Notes: a model not told the origin generated them from the letters alone. A stretch of 64,000 nucleotides of DNA from Paramoeba atlantica (GCA_977017575.1 CDRNVI010000011.1:124001-188000); one strand, 5' to 3'. Numbered from the stretch's first letter, positions 42,133-53,934 are shown. Program-made: numbers and translations.

Positions 42133-43719
42133 CATAGTTTGGGTTCGACGTCGAATTCTTTTTTTCGACGTCGAAATTCTACGTAGAGACTTAGAACTCA
42201 AATTAGAGGAAAAGATGAGCAATATTTTGGTGTTGCAAAACATATATTTATGTATGGAAAACATAAAGTGACATTTCGGAAATGTTTTATACAATTGTTC
42301 GTATCTGTTGTATTACTGTAATACAAGTTGTAATTTACAACTTGTAGGTGTTCATTTTCTTGCAATTAGTTCATTTAGTAAATGTTCATACCACATTTTT
42401 AATCATATATTAAACTGATTGTGCATCAATATTTCTAGATTAAAAACAGTGCCCACAGTGTTTCTTGATTCTATTTTTTTTCTATGCGTTCTCAACGTAA
42501 TAGGATACCACTGCCTCCTGGATCCACCCCTCCGAACATTCCAAAAAAATCTCAACCACGGGCTCCACTTATTCCTCCCGGAAACTTCACAGTATCACCT
42601 GACAAATTGACTCAACCTGAAAGGGTCGATCAGTCTCAGATTTTCTCCAAGGCCACTTACTTACCAGTGCAGCAGCGTCGCACAATGATATCTTCCCTGG
42701 AGGCGGAAATTGGGTTATCACCTGCTCAGCCCCTTGAAAGTGCGCGTAAAAAAGAAAAAACAGACGTTGATCCAATAAAGTATCCCCGTATTCGGGCAAA
42801 ATTTCTAAGGGAGCGTTGTTTGGAATGTGCGGCTCCAGCAGGAAGCAACAAGGACGAAGAGAATCGAAACAAAGACTGTCGGGAATACGAATTACGTCAT
42901 CCTCGCCCCTACCACGTGAACGCAATGGGACAGCGCACCCACTTGAAATGCATTGACTGCCCATGGCTAGGGCACTCCTCGCACAACAATCACTACTACC
43001 ACCACATAAAACACATTGGCTCTGCTCGTGAAGGGGTTTCACAAGAATCCCTGGGAACAGACGCCCATGTCGAAAGGTCTGAGAAGAGTACACTAACCTT
43101 CGTACAGCGATGTATCCCTTGTCTTGTGTCGCAAACGAACCTTTCTTGCAAAGCAGCACACACGCTTTTATGTTCCTACAAGGAGTTGCGCACACTAGGC
43201 GCCACGCGGGGTGAGATTCTTTCCACTTTATCGCAAGATCATACAATATTACCGAAGTGGGAGAAAGAACTAGAAGACGAAATATGGGGTACCATTATCA
43301 GTGCCATTACCCTTGAAGCATTTTTGGCATTGCTGTGGACGCCGGGATTGATAAATTGTTAAGCGAGCACGTACTAGTAGGTATACTGTACGTTGGAAGC
43401 AGTGACTTCTTGTTGCCTCCAATGTACCATCCAAAACGCAAAGCCTTTAATGGGAAAGAAACTGCAGAAATTCTTATCGAGACATTGAGTTCCATAATAG
43501 GAATAAAATTGCTCGCGAAGCTTCGTTATATGACGGTTGACGGTTAATCATGTGGCTCATGATGAAGCGCAAGACGAAATTAAGCGAATTTATGATCTCA
43601 TGCAGCCAATTGGAGAGAACGATTGGAGCGACCTTGAACATGCATTGGCCGTAGAATTCGACGTAGAATCGTTCTTTTGCCGTAGAACGCGTAGAATTCG
43701 ACGTCGAACCTAAACTATG
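42133..43719 (+). mobile_element. Internally deleted hAT-like DNA transposon, 1587 bp, 27-bp TIRs, 6-bp TSD
   Basis: TIRs catagtttgggttcgacgtcgaattct (42133-42159) and agaattcgacgtcgaacctaaactatg (43693-43719), 1 mismatch. caatta on both sides (42127-32, 43720-25). Confidence 0.85.
42484..43650 (+). pseudogene. hAT-like transposase 5' half (BED-like Zn finger + first two catalytic Asp), frameshifted and truncated
   Basis: CIDC..H..H finger. A frameshift at the T5 run at 43321 leads into FGIAVDAGID..KLRYMTVDG; a further shift gives NHVAHDEAQDEIKRIYD, homologous to the 61.4-61.7 kb remnant. Confidence 0.7.
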
Positions 43720-44134
43720 CAATTAGTGAGCCATCCCGTAGAGCACGCCGACATACAGTTGTTTGGAATTACATGAAAATTTGTTAAGTGGTGAAAACTT
43801 TTCGCTTCGCGAAAAGTGGGTACAAAACGATTCATTTTAGAAAAAGGAACCCATAAGCGTACCAGAATTGGGGGAACTCGTATGCAGGAGGGGGGGTATA
43901 GTACTACATTTAAGGCTGTTTCATCGGATATGGGCAGACCGAGATTGTTTGGTAGGACAAAAGTGCGAATGTATCTCAAATCATATTCAGAATAGCCTAT
44001 TCGAACAAAGTATTTCCTTAATAGTCTTTCTATGCATTCATCCTGATTTAGGAATTCCGTCTCTCTACTATTAAAATCGCCTGTTCGACATAAGGTCACG
44101 GCCGAGTTTTACACAGCTTGCAGAGTAGTGGTCG

Positions 44135-45049
44135 ATGAAGCTTCATACGCTATTTGTTCTGAAAGTGTTATTATTCTTTACGCTTCTCGGTTGTGAAAGT
44201 AGGGTAAAGTATATTTCGTCTTCTGATGCTCGTTGTTTCTCACGGTCGAAGCATTACGTAAAACGCTCTGTCAGCCTCACACGGCCAACTTCAAGAAGGT
44301 CGCTTGTTGCAAAATGGCATGGATCTCAGTTTATCCTATATTGTTTGCAACTCGTTTCTCCCGTAAATGCGCCTCAAAGTACAGAGGGGCACCGCCTAAT
44401 ACTTTGCTCGCAACAAGTTGAACAAACGCGCAACCTTACTGAGACCGAAGCTAAATTTTTCAATGCTACTCAGCAACATGATGAGGCGGGAACGTGTGTT
44501 ACTATACCTGATCAGGGCGACAGGTACGAACCTCCCATTATATTTGGTGAAAGGGATGATACACCGCGAGTGTTTCAGCTCTTTTGGCTCAGCGACTCCG
44601 CTTCTTCAGATCTTTTTCCTTGTCATCTTACCTTTCACATTGTTGCAAAAGCGAGAGGAAAGCATCAACCGAGTACGGCTTTAGCCGTTACAATGCTTAT
44701 TCCTACAGTTCTGGTCGCATCATTACTTCTCTATTACTTTATTATGCTTTTTAGACGGGACAGACAGGAGTCACCCAACATTAGTCTCAAACAAATGAAT
44801 CATCTCCCAAAGGAGATGTACACTCCATCTCAGCTTTCCTCTACTCCGAAGCACAGAATAGATCCTCATTTACTCACGGGAAACAGATGGGTTCCAGCAG
44901 ATATCGAAACCCATTCACAACCCAAAGCGAAAGAACCAGGTGCAGGCTCTATTCAGTCTACCTTGACAGTGTCGGAAAGTTTGCGGCAAAAGAACGTGAG
45001 ACATAAATGGAGTGGGCTCGCAGTGCCTCACAACGATTTACGTTCATAA
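44135..45049 (+). CDS. Hypothetical type I membrane protein
   Basis: Signal peptide MKLHTLFVLKVLLFFTLLG and a single TM ALAVTMLIPTVLVASLLLYYFIMLF. Confidence 0.7.
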   Translation: MKLHTLFVLKVLLFFTLLGCESRVKYISSSDARCFSRSKHYVKRSVSLTRPTSRRSLVAKWHGSQFILYCLQLVSPVNAPQSTEGHRLILCSQQVEQTRNLTETEAKFFNATQQHDEAGTCVTIPDQGDRYEPPIIFGERDDTPRVFQLFWLSDSASSDLFPCHLTFHIVAKARGKHQPSTALAVTMLIPTVLVASLLLYYFIMLFRRDRQESPNISLKQMNHLPKEMYTPSQLSSTPKHRIDPHLLTGNRWVPADIETHSQPKAKEPGAGSIQSTLTVSESLRQKNVRHKWSGLAVPHNDLRS

Positions 45050-45346
45050 TATATTTGTTAGCAGATCAAAAATTGCGATTGTACCATTCCTTTTAATATA
45101 CTGTATATTTTTGTGCAGTCCATTAATTATTTACTGACCAGTACAATTTTTATGAGGCACGCAAAATGCGTAATACAGGGTGCAATGTACGTCTAAATAT
45201 AATGCTTTTGGTCTATCATTGAATGCAATTTCGGGTAATTTTGACTGTGAGGTAGTAGCGGCCTATCAATTCACGGAAATGCATACATCGATATAAAAAA
45301 CTCTAATTATCAAATAACTCTGAATGCATGTTGTTACTATTCTGTA

Positions 45347-47140
45347 ATGAATAACGCGGAGCCCAAACTATCTCTGAATTTGGATCTACGAAAATCTTCT
45401 GATATGCATACCTCGGTTTCACCATCTGCATCTCGCGCGTCAAGTTTAACGTCATCGGGAAGTTGCGCTTCATCTGACAACAGCGACTCTGTGGAGCACT
45501 CTAGCTCATTCTCAACCGATTCCTCAGGTACTATATCGGATTCTGCTGTGCTTTCATCTAGTGATGCCCTCGAATTACCTCCCGCTGCTTCGTCCGATCA
45601 AGTTCAATTGAGTAAGAAAACGAATGTGAAGCAAGAAACAGTATCAGGAACCGATTACTACCTCAAAGGTCCGATCAATGCAAATTTCTTCCACCGTTTG
45701 CTTATAAGGTCGGGGGCAAGCGTAGTTGTGGATCAATTTCTGTCCGGTTTACACATGTTTGAAGAGACACTACGTGCTGATGTAGCCATGCAGCTTTCAA
45801 GGTCAAAATCCCAAAAGCCTCGCTTTATATGGAAGAATTCGGGAGAAATTAGTGAAGATTTCTCTATTTTATGCGATTGTGTTGCTTCGCTTGCTCGCCA
45901 AGTTCGTGGCAATCACGAAGAAATACGCGATGTGCTATATCATGTTTGCAAATTTCTAATGGAATATATGGGCTACGAGGAAACTTACATCTCTCTTTCT
46001 TGCTACCAGACGAAAGTTCGGGACTACTTACAAGGGGGTACTCGATATAGCAAAGACCAAAAATCTGCCAATGTTGAATTCGCATCTAGGGATAAGCGAA
46101 TGAAGAAGCTTCATTTGTACATGCAAAGCAATGAGAGTCGAAGGGTTCCCATCGGGAGTACTGTAGTTTACTCGGAAATAGTACCTGATAAAAGAACGCG
46201 GCGACCAATCGTTCGATCCCCGAAAAGGAAAACGTCAAATCACTCACAAGCAAATAGAAAAGAAGTGGCAAAAAGAATAATTACTTTAAAGGATAAAAAG
46301 AAACCAAACCCGAGTGCTATAAGTTCAGAGGTAAGAGATGAGAATAAGTCAAGAAATGGTCCTTCACTAATGCAGCAGTACAATCGGTTGCGTATTATAC
46401 TCGGAGAACACGGGACTGAACTTTCTGGCTCTAGGCTTTTAATGTTGGAGCCTTTCATCTTGCTTTGTCAATCTACAACTGACAATATATTGCGCATTCG
46501 TCTCCTGCGAGCGTTTGAACTTTGTCAAGATGAAATTGTTTATCGAAGGCTGGAAGAAATGGGAATAATCAAACAAATTCTAATTCCTTGGGCTAAACTG
46601 GCATGTTCCTTCAACGTAGAAGATGCTCGCGCCGCATTCAAACTTCCCGAGGATTCGGCTCAGAAGGAAACTCTCCGGAGTGTGATGCAAATACTGCATC
46701 GCTTCCCATACATTCAGAGCAATACCATTCCTGGGCTCATTACGTGGACACAGGACATGTTGTCCAGCTTCTCCACTCAGGAAAGCAAACCGGCATTTTT
46801 GGATAGGGAACAAATTTCTCTTACTGTGAATTCGCTTGATAGTGAATCGAAAGACATTTACGACTCTATACAGATGTTACATGATCGACTAACTGAACGG
46901 CAGAAAGTTGAACCCATCAAAAAGAGTGTCCGTTCCGATATACCTCAGACTGATAACGTACCAATTCTCGATGCTTCAACCAGCTACACAGAAAAAGATA
47001 GTATCACTCTGCAGTCCGAGAATACAGTCGTAGAAACTTCTAGTTCCCATCTCGCATCCTCAGTCGGGCAGAATGTGATTATTTCGTCCAGAGATCCCAG
47101 GCGGTTGCTTCAATCCATGTTTGCACCGGACGGGAATTAG
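45347..47140 (+). CDS. Hypothetical nuclear protein, possible TFIIS-N/IWS1-like helical domain
   Basis: 597-aa ORF with basic NLS-like tracts, a helical segment LRIRLLRAF..LEEMGIIKQILIPW and a C-terminal RDPRR. Domain call is tentative. Confidence 0.6.
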   Translation: MNNAEPKLSLNLDLRKSSDMHTSVSPSASRASSLTSSGSCASSDNSDSVEHSSSFSTDSSGTISDSAVLSSSDALELPPAASSDQVQLSKKTNVKQETVSGTDYYLKGPINANFFHRLLIRSGASVVVDQFLSGLHMFEETLRADVAMQLSRSKSQKPRFIWKNSGEISEDFSILCDCVASLARQVRGNHEEIRDVLYHVCKFLMEYMGYEETYISLSCYQTKVRDYLQGGTRYSKDQKSANVEFASRDKRMKKLHLYMQSNESRRVPIGSTVVYSEIVPDKRTRRPIVRSPKRKTSNHSQANRKEVAKRIITLKDKKKPNPSAISSEVRDENKSRNGPSLMQQYNRLRIILGEHGTELSGSRLLMLEPFILLCQSTTDNILRIRLLRAFELCQDEIVYRRLEEMGIIKQILIPWAKLACSFNVEDARAAFKLPEDSAQKETLRSVMQILHRFPYIQSNTIPGLITWTQDMLSSFSTQESKPAFLDREQISLTVNSLDSESKDIYDSIQMLHDRLTERQKVEPIKKSVRSDIPQTDNVPILDASTSYTEKDSITLQSENTVVETSSSHLASSVGQNVIISSRDPRRLLQSMFAPDGN

Positions 47141-47351
47141 CCCTCTAAAAAAATAAAAATAGGAAAGCAAAAACATTTGCAGCTAAAGTGGGTTTTTCAG
47201 TTAGCCTCGTAATAGGAATGTACTTTCTTGTGTGTGAATTTTCGTTTGTGAAGTAATTCTTTCTTTTTGCACTATTTTTTTTGCGAAAATAGCTTTGTTC
47301 TTACTTTAGTGCATCATATTAGAATAGAATTTTCAGCAATCATTGCAGAGT

Positions 47352-48335
47352 ATGATGGAGGCGGAGCCTGGAAAAAGACTTCGCTCAGAAGAGCCGTGCG
47401 AACGAATTATCAAGAAAAAAGATCAAGATAACATTATGTACACGACGAGATGGATAGGATACTCCGAAAATTCAGAAGAAGCAAGAACTGAAACAGCTAC
47501 TCGGGAACTTGAATTATGTCATGTTTTTTACTCTGGAGTTCGACGAATTACTTCTCTGGAAAATTTAGCCAAACTTTTTGATTCTTTCACATCTGCCGAC
47601 TCATCTGAAAGCGTGATTTACTTAGTCGGTTTTAACGCACCTTGGACACGTCGCATTGCGCCTGCGTTTCCAAAAATTAGAATTATCGAACAGTCGTGTC
47701 TTGGTGGGGTGTCGTCACCTTGTGTTCTTCCTGCGAAGTATCGCGTGGAGTCTATCTTTATCAACTGTTACGCCTTGGAAGATGTTGTTGAGTGCTGCAA
47801 AATTCGCACTTCTTTGCCGTGCATTCAGGCATGGTGTGGCGGTGCAAAGTATTTTGAAGGCAAGTGGTCATCTACCAGTTCGACAAAAAATGAAGACACT
47901 GGGAAGAACGTGAAAGTTTCTTCATTTATTCCGTCACCACTACGATTACCCTTCCAAGTTCCCCTTTCGAATGCGACAGTAAAGGATCAAGATAACAGTT
48001 CCACAGCACCTCATCCGATCACGCCAGGCCTCAAATTACATCCCTATTATGTTCTAGTGATTTCCGCTCCCTGGTGTCCCCCATGTAAGGTATTGAAGCC
48101 CCACCTTCCTATCCTAGAGAAGGAGTACACCGAATACGCCCATTTCGTGTATTGTCATTATGATCATTATCCTTACGTGAGGACACACTACGACGTATCT
48201 AAAATTCCTACGATTGTTGTAATAAACACCTCAGATGGATCATGCGTAGGTAATATGCAACATTCCGATCCATCACGGTTAAGAACCTTTCTTGATAAGA
48301 CAATGAACATATTTCGACTAATAGAGGATTTTTAG
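47352..48335 (+). CDS. Thioredoxin-domain protein (C-terminal WCPPC)
   Basis: VISAPWCPPCK..YDVSKIPTIVV thioredoxin fold. Confidence 0.8.
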   Translation: MMEAEPGKRLRSEEPCERIIKKKDQDNIMYTTRWIGYSENSEEARTETATRELELCHVFYSGVRRITSLENLAKLFDSFTSADSSESVIYLVGFNAPWTRRIAPAFPKIRIIEQSCLGGVSSPCVLPAKYRVESIFINCYALEDVVECCKIRTSLPCIQAWCGGAKYFEGKWSSTSSTKNEDTGKNVKVSSFIPSPLRLPFQVPLSNATVKDQDNSSTAPHPITPGLKLHPYYVLVISAPWCPPCKVLKPHLPILEKEYTEYAHFVYCHYDHYPYVRTHYDVSKIPTIVVINTSDGSCVGNMQHSDPSRLRTFLDKTMNIFRLIEDF

Positions 48336-48620
48336 TTCTCGTGCTCGAATAGAAGGAATGATATGAGTGACTTTTAGTTTAATTGTTGAAAGAAAGGCGT
48401 CGCAATTTTCTTGAAGCACTTTTCCGCATTTATCTCTCTTTTGTTTTATATTTTTTGGGGGAACGATGTCTTTTATTGGCTCTGTGTCAATCGCATAGCT
48501 GGTTACCTCATGGAGGCACATGAACTTTAAAGAAGATGGCATAACACTTTAAATAGTAAAGTGCCTTTAACAAGCTAACATCGCATTTTCTTATTTGACC
48601 TAACCTATTTATCCATCCTC

Positions 48621-49550
48621 ATGCTTGCAGACCTCTTTTGTGACCTACCTTGGTATGAGATCTGCGCTATTTCTGCTGCAATGTTGACAGCTATTATTAT
48701 GCCCCTTATTTTGGTTCCAGTATTACACTATTTTGCTTCTTTCCGACAAGGGTATGAGGAAAACCGAGAAGGTTTGGTGAGGGCGATGAACAATTGTGAT
48801 GTTCGCCCTCATGAAGCTGAAAGTGATGTTTTAGTGACAGAGATGCATGATCAAAACCCGCTGGAAGCTGAATCATCATCTAGCTGCAGTGACACCCGTT
48901 CGGATGATCTTCTAGAGGAATCTTTTGACGATGTCACGGCACCTTACACACTTTTAGAAGATACCTTTGATGAGATTACTGCAACAGAGGATACGTTATC
49001 TCTTGCACGAAAGCACTATAACGCAAAATGTTATAGGAAAGCCCTTCAAATAGTAGAAAAAGAGCTTAAAAAGTATTCTGGTTCGGGTGTAAATCATTAT
49101 CAGGGATGTTCAAAGCATTTTGACTTTCTCGTACTCAAATGTGACTCGGAACTTGTGACAGGACTTCGTTCCCGTGCATTACAAACCGCCAAAATTTTAT
49201 GCGAAAGTTTTCCTAAAAATGCAAAATCACACATTCTTTTATCTGAGGCTCATGAGTCATTCTCAAATATGGGAAGCGCCCTCGCTGTCCTTCGTGATGG
49301 CTTAACCAGCGAAACAAACGGAAGCACATTATCGGAATATTTTACTCGAAAATGTCAGGAAGTTGCGTTGAGTCTCAGGGGCGCTCACCAAAGTAATGCT
49401 ATTCTTGCTGAGGAAGACGAGCCACATGTGCGCCACTTTATAGACGAAGAATTTCTTTTTCAAAGAATTGAATTGGGCGATTCAACAGAGCACAAATTAA
49501 ATCAAATATGGAAAAGCGTTAAAAATAAGAGGACCCTCTCTCGCAATTAA
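48621..49550 (+). CDS. N-terminally anchored protein with TPR-like helices
   Basis: N-terminal TM; ARKHYNAKCYRKAL and PKNAKSHILLSEAH resemble TPR repeats. Confidence 0.6.
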   Translation: MLADLFCDLPWYEICAISAAMLTAIIMPLILVPVLHYFASFRQGYEENREGLVRAMNNCDVRPHEAESDVLVTEMHDQNPLEAESSSSCSDTRSDDLLEESFDDVTAPYTLLEDTFDEITATEDTLSLARKHYNAKCYRKALQIVEKELKKYSGSGVNHYQGCSKHFDFLVLKCDSELVTGLRSRALQTAKILCESFPKNAKSHILLSEAHESFSNMGSALAVLRDGLTSETNGSTLSEYFTRKCQEVALSLRGAHQSNAILAEEDEPHVRHFIDEEFLFQRIELGDSTEHKLNQIWKSVKNKRTLSRN

Positions 49551-49711
49551 ACGTATCTTGTCCATTTTTTTTGTGCATTAAAATCGACATTCCTAACACT
49601 TTGCTAACACGTACGCTGCGCTGATAGATTTTATTAAAATCTTTTGGATAAAATATGTCTCAGTTTTTAAGATCTTTAAATACAATTGCATATAAAACAG
49701 TTTAACACACA

Positions 49712-50581
49712 TTGACTACTAGTGTCGATACATCATACCTTGTCTCGGTACAATCTAGATTTCTCGATTTTATCACCGACGCACCCGCTTCGTTTTCCCC
49801 GTATGCCATGACCTTCGAGGCCCCCATACATGAGGACAAGCCAAAGGCGCACGTCACATCACATAAAAAAGATGAAATCAGCAAGCAGACCCCGGGTGTC
49901 GGGAGACCGCTTCCCCGATCTCGCTCCACCGCCCCCGTCCAGGTGTTAGGCATTGTCGGGCCCAGCGGGGTTGGCAAAGGGACGCTGATCCGAAAGCTTC
50001 GCTCGGAATACCCCCAGAGCTTCGGTTTTAGCATCTCCCACACCACCCGGGCCCCTCGCCCGGGGGAGCAACACGGGGTGCATTATTATTACACCGACCG
50101 CCGCTGGATGCAGCGCGCGGTCGCGGCCGGGGACTTCATGGAGTCCGCGGTGGTCCACAACGAGCACTACGGCACCAGTCACTCCGCGGTGCGCGACATT
50201 GTCCAACGCCAGGGGAAGATCTGTATTCTGGATATTGATGTCCAGGGGGCGGCATCGATTCACCAGCAACGTGATCGTCTGGGCATGGTGGTTCGCTTGC
50301 TTTTTATCCTCCCCCCGAGTCTACGGTGTTTAGAGACTCGACTGCGACGCCGCGGGACGGAGTCGGATGATAAGATTAAAACGCGGATGACGACGACACG
50401 AAATGAGCTTAATTTTTATGAAGAGAATCGGGAAATGTTTGATCACAACCTCGTGAATGATAATCTTGACGAGTGTTACGGCGAGTTGAGAACAATGCTT
50501 ACAATGTGGGGTGCCTTTCTTGCGGATAGGGATAGGGATATACCGAAAGAGGAGTCCTTTCATTACGAAAGTAATCTTTAA
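49712..50581 (+). CDS. GUK1: Guanylate kinase with an N-terminal extension
   Basis: GPSGVGKGTL, SISHTTRAPRPGEQHGVHYYY, YGTS and ILDIDVQGA. Confidence 0.93.
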   Translation: MTTSVDTSYLVSVQSRFLDFITDAPASFSPYAMTFEAPIHEDKPKAHVTSHKKDEISKQTPGVGRPLPRSRSTAPVQVLGIVGPSGVGKGTLIRKLRSEYPQSFGFSISHTTRAPRPGEQHGVHYYYTDRRWMQRAVAAGDFMESAVVHNEHYGTSHSAVRDIVQRQGKICILDIDVQGAASIHQQRDRLGMVVRLLFILPPSLRCLETRLRRRGTESDDKIKTRMTTTRNELNFYEENREMFDHNLVNDNLDECYGELRTMLTMWGAFLADRDRDIPKEESFHYESNL

Positions 50582-50952
50582 ATCGGGGGCACATCAGAGA
50601 AGGAAATTTTATGAGGCATTTATATACAAAAAGATCCTCAATTTGATCCATTATCACGTTTCTTTCTTAGGCACATCGGTTCATGTATTGTAGTTGTATT
50701 CCCTGTGTGTTGAAGAAAAGTAGCGATTTTAGCGCATACATTTTTTAATGATTCATCACTGTTCCTGAGAAGTGGATGTTTCAACAATGCAAACAGAAAT
50801 AAATTTTTGCATTTGACTATTAATTCAAGCTATAAATTCAAGCTTAATAAATTCTTCGCTATTACATTAACATTCTTTGTATCTAAGTTTTGCTTACGTA
50901 ATCTACTTTACAAGGTTGCAGTGTGGGTGTACTCCTTTTGTGCTATAACGAA

Positions 50953-51726
50953 ATGAGCAGACCGACTCAGTACAGCGATATCACAGGCCCTCGTTGGACA
51001 AGATTTCCCATACGAGTCCGTCCACACCGCAATCCCTTGTCTGATACGCTCGCTTATCATCCAACTTGCCCCGAAGATGTTGATTGGTGTGAAATGTATC
51101 CTCAACTGAACGAGTCTACGAAAGATAAAATCATGTCAAAACGAGAAGACAATACAGTTCGCTTACAGTGCCCCATAGATTGGCTTGATGTCGGAAGTGC
51201 TTATGGCGGCATGCTTTGCGCATTAGGTCCCTCTTATCCTCAGAAGTACATACTCGGGATGGAAATTCGTAAAAAAGTTGTAGAATTCGCGAAATCTCGA
51301 GTGCTGGAGGAGCGCAAAAACGAATCGTTGTTGCATAATGTTTGGTTTCTTGAGGCGAATGTAATGCGGTCACTCGCTTTCTGGATCCCAAAGCAGCAAT
51401 TGGAGTGTATATTCTTTTGCTACCCCGATCCACATTTTAAGCAGCACAACGTTCGACGACGTATTCTATCAGATTCACTTATTCCGGAGTATGCCTACGT
51501 ATTGCGTCCCAATGGAAGACTTTATACTGTAACGGACGTGGAAGAGCTTCATGAATGGATGGTAGAAAGATTGAGTCATTTCCCAGATTTGTTTCGAAGA
51601 CTCGGAGAGGAACACTGTACCGCTGACCCCTTATTGACTACACTCGTGCACTCCAGCGAGGACGCAAAAAGATCCCAAAGGCGAGGCGCTGTTAAGCATT
51701 TTGCCGTCTACGAGCGATATGAGTGA
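50953..51726 (+). CDS. TRM8: tRNA (guanine-N7)-methyltransferase catalytic subunit
   Basis: RVRPHRNPL, DVGSAYGG, LGMEIR, FFCYPDPHFK and LYTVTDVEELHEWM. Confidence 0.92.
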   Translation: MSRPTQYSDITGPRWTRFPIRVRPHRNPLSDTLAYHPTCPEDVDWCEMYPQLNESTKDKIMSKREDNTVRLQCPIDWLDVGSAYGGMLCALGPSYPQKYILGMEIRKKVVEFAKSRVLEERKNESLLHNVWFLEANVMRSLAFWIPKQQLECIFFCYPDPHFKQHNVRRRILSDSLIPEYAYVLRPNGRLYTVTDVEELHEWMVERLSHFPDLFRRLGEEHCTADPLLTTLVHSSEDAKRSQRRGAVKHFAVYERYE

Positions 51727-51802
51727 ACTTTTGGTAACAATTTTTTATAAGATCTATATAAGGTTATATTCTTATACACCCAAGCCCAAAATTATTATCG
51801 CT

Positions 51803-52359
51803 AAAATTCATGGCACAAAAATTATTGTTTCTTTAATTAAAAGTTGTCAATTTTTGGCGAGAAACATTTTTTTATTTTTTTGGTCAATTTTTGAATTTCT
51901 CATGAGGTCTGATCTTGGCAACCACGTTTTAGAGAAGAGTGCCATAGATTTTACACAAAAATTCAAATTTTATGAGAGGATTTGATGCAGGAGGATCGAG
52001 ATTGGCTTTATGTCAACACCCGGTCGCGAGATCATGCGAGATCACACCCGCATCCCATCATTTAATGACCATTTAATAACCTGCCCTTCGCAACGCATTT
52101 GACAAGATTAGAGAGATGCAAACCACCGTCCGGGTTATACCTATGGACACTTGTACTTCCTAAGGATAATAATTTTTTGGTGATAAGCAACTTTCTTCCC
52201 CGTAAAAATTCTTGAATCTTTTTGGGAGCAAAAAAACCCTTTTGACCTAATTTTGGGGTTTTCCGCCCCTCTACTAACAACTTCTATTGTTTGTCGATAT
52301 GTACAAATTTCTACGAAAATTATTGGCACAAAAATTATTGATTTTTTAATTTAAAGTTG
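51803..52359. repeat. Pair of 44-bp imperfect direct repeats 513 bp apart
   Basis: aaaattcatggcacaaaaattattgtttctttaattaaaagttg (51803-51846) vs aaaattattggcacaaaaattattgattttttaatttaaagttg (52316-52359). Confidence 0.85.
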
Positions 52360-53262
52360 CAGAGCTTCGCCAATAATTAAAAACTGAATAATATTAGTCG
52401 GCAGTGTAAGGATCTATGTTAGATCTATCGTGGATTCACTGCTATTCATCGCATTCTATTCACTGCTCTTTTTTATATTCTGCTCCTCTTTTTAATTTGC
52501 TTATCAGTACCTAAAGTGTGGAAAAGTGTTCTTTTTTATATATGGGTTTCTGGCATACTTCCATTTCACTACATTCGTGATCTACACGTATCTTCTTCCA
52601 GCTTACATTGGTATAAGCTGAATAGTTTTCTTTTAGCCTTTTCTTTTGTTAACAACTGAATGTACTTAGAGTTTTACTGACTCTACGATGTGATTAACTT
52701 GAACACAACATCATTTGAATAAAAGTTAAGCCTTTATTAAATGCAGATGTTATTGAACTCGGATGATGCAATATATGAGTGTTCGAGTTCAGTACGCTCG
52801 CTGGAATCCATTCTCTATGGTCTTCTGGAAGTTTCTTCTGTTCTTCAATGTGCGCATGTAGTTTTCTCTCTCGTAAGCAGTAGCGCGACGTTAGAATTGA
52901 GCGAATGAGGTATCAATACCTTTCTTGGAAATCTAGCGTATACGCGGTACTCGTACTTGCATTTTTTCGCTTTTTCAATACGAACATCAAAAGTAGCTGT
53001 ACCTCGGTTTCCGTTGTTTCACAACATGTTTTGTCATGAGTGTTTTTAAAACAGTAAAGTAGTAGTACTATTTGATATTACTAGTCCTACCAGTAAATAA
53101 CGATATACTTGCCTTGCTTGCGTATTATTTGCCTTTTACTAACTTTTTAAGACAGATACTGAGACATGCATGGGGTTGTTCACGAATAATCGTATTTCTT
53201 AGCTTAACGTATACTAAGTATACGTGTAAATAATATAATATACGTGTATATTGTAGGTTATA

Positions 53263-53934
53263 CAGGGGTGTAAATTTGTATGTGGGGGGGTCTAAAATTT
53301 GTAAAACTTGACCAATTTTGAAAAATAATAGCGCATTCGAGAGCTCTCGAACAGGGCTCATGAACGTGTGTGTACGGCATCTGCGTTAATTAGATTTTCA
53401 AGTGCACATAAAAAAAGCTCATTTTTTTGGGAGACAAATTCTTGCATTTTTCATAGGTTTTCTGATTTCTCCCCTGACTCATGCAACAAAGACGGGGTTG
53501 TGGACGATCGCCCGAACACAAAGACTACGAAAGGGCTTATTCTTCGCCTGCGCACGTAAAAGCAGGCTGTTGCATGGTTCTCGTTGCCGATTACGAAACA
53601 ACACAATCTTTTTCTCGCTAAGAATTTATGTTCCATAGTGGGCAACTTCAAAAATGGTTGAGCCCCTCGGAATCGTGCAGATTTGATCATTGCGATCGAA
53701 GCAGCGTTTCAAAGCCCCTGAAAATGCCATGAAGAGCTTTCGAAAGCGATGCCGTATTGTAATTGAGATAAAACGACGATAATGGCAATTATTAATTTTT
53801 TTTTCGATATTATCATTCCTTTAAAAAGTTGCAAATAGCATTTGGTGGCTCTTTGTCTAGGGGGCAATACCCCCTTGTGCCTAGTTCGGTCATGTTACGT
53901 TTTAGACCCCCCCACATCCAAATTTACACCCTTG
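53263..53934 (+). mobile_element. Internally deleted Tc1-family derivative, 672 bp
   Basis: TIRs caggggtgtaaatttgtatgtgggggggtctaaaa and the reverse complement at the right end, with TA on both sides. Degraded transposase C-terminus (PRNR, AIEAAF, MKSFRKRCRIVI) homologous to the 11.66-kb element. Confidence 0.9.

Noticed and set aside
43710-44099. Minus-strand ORF with TGDFN resembling an AP-endonuclease motif
   Set aside because: A single short motif with no other EEP motifs, antisense to the gene array.
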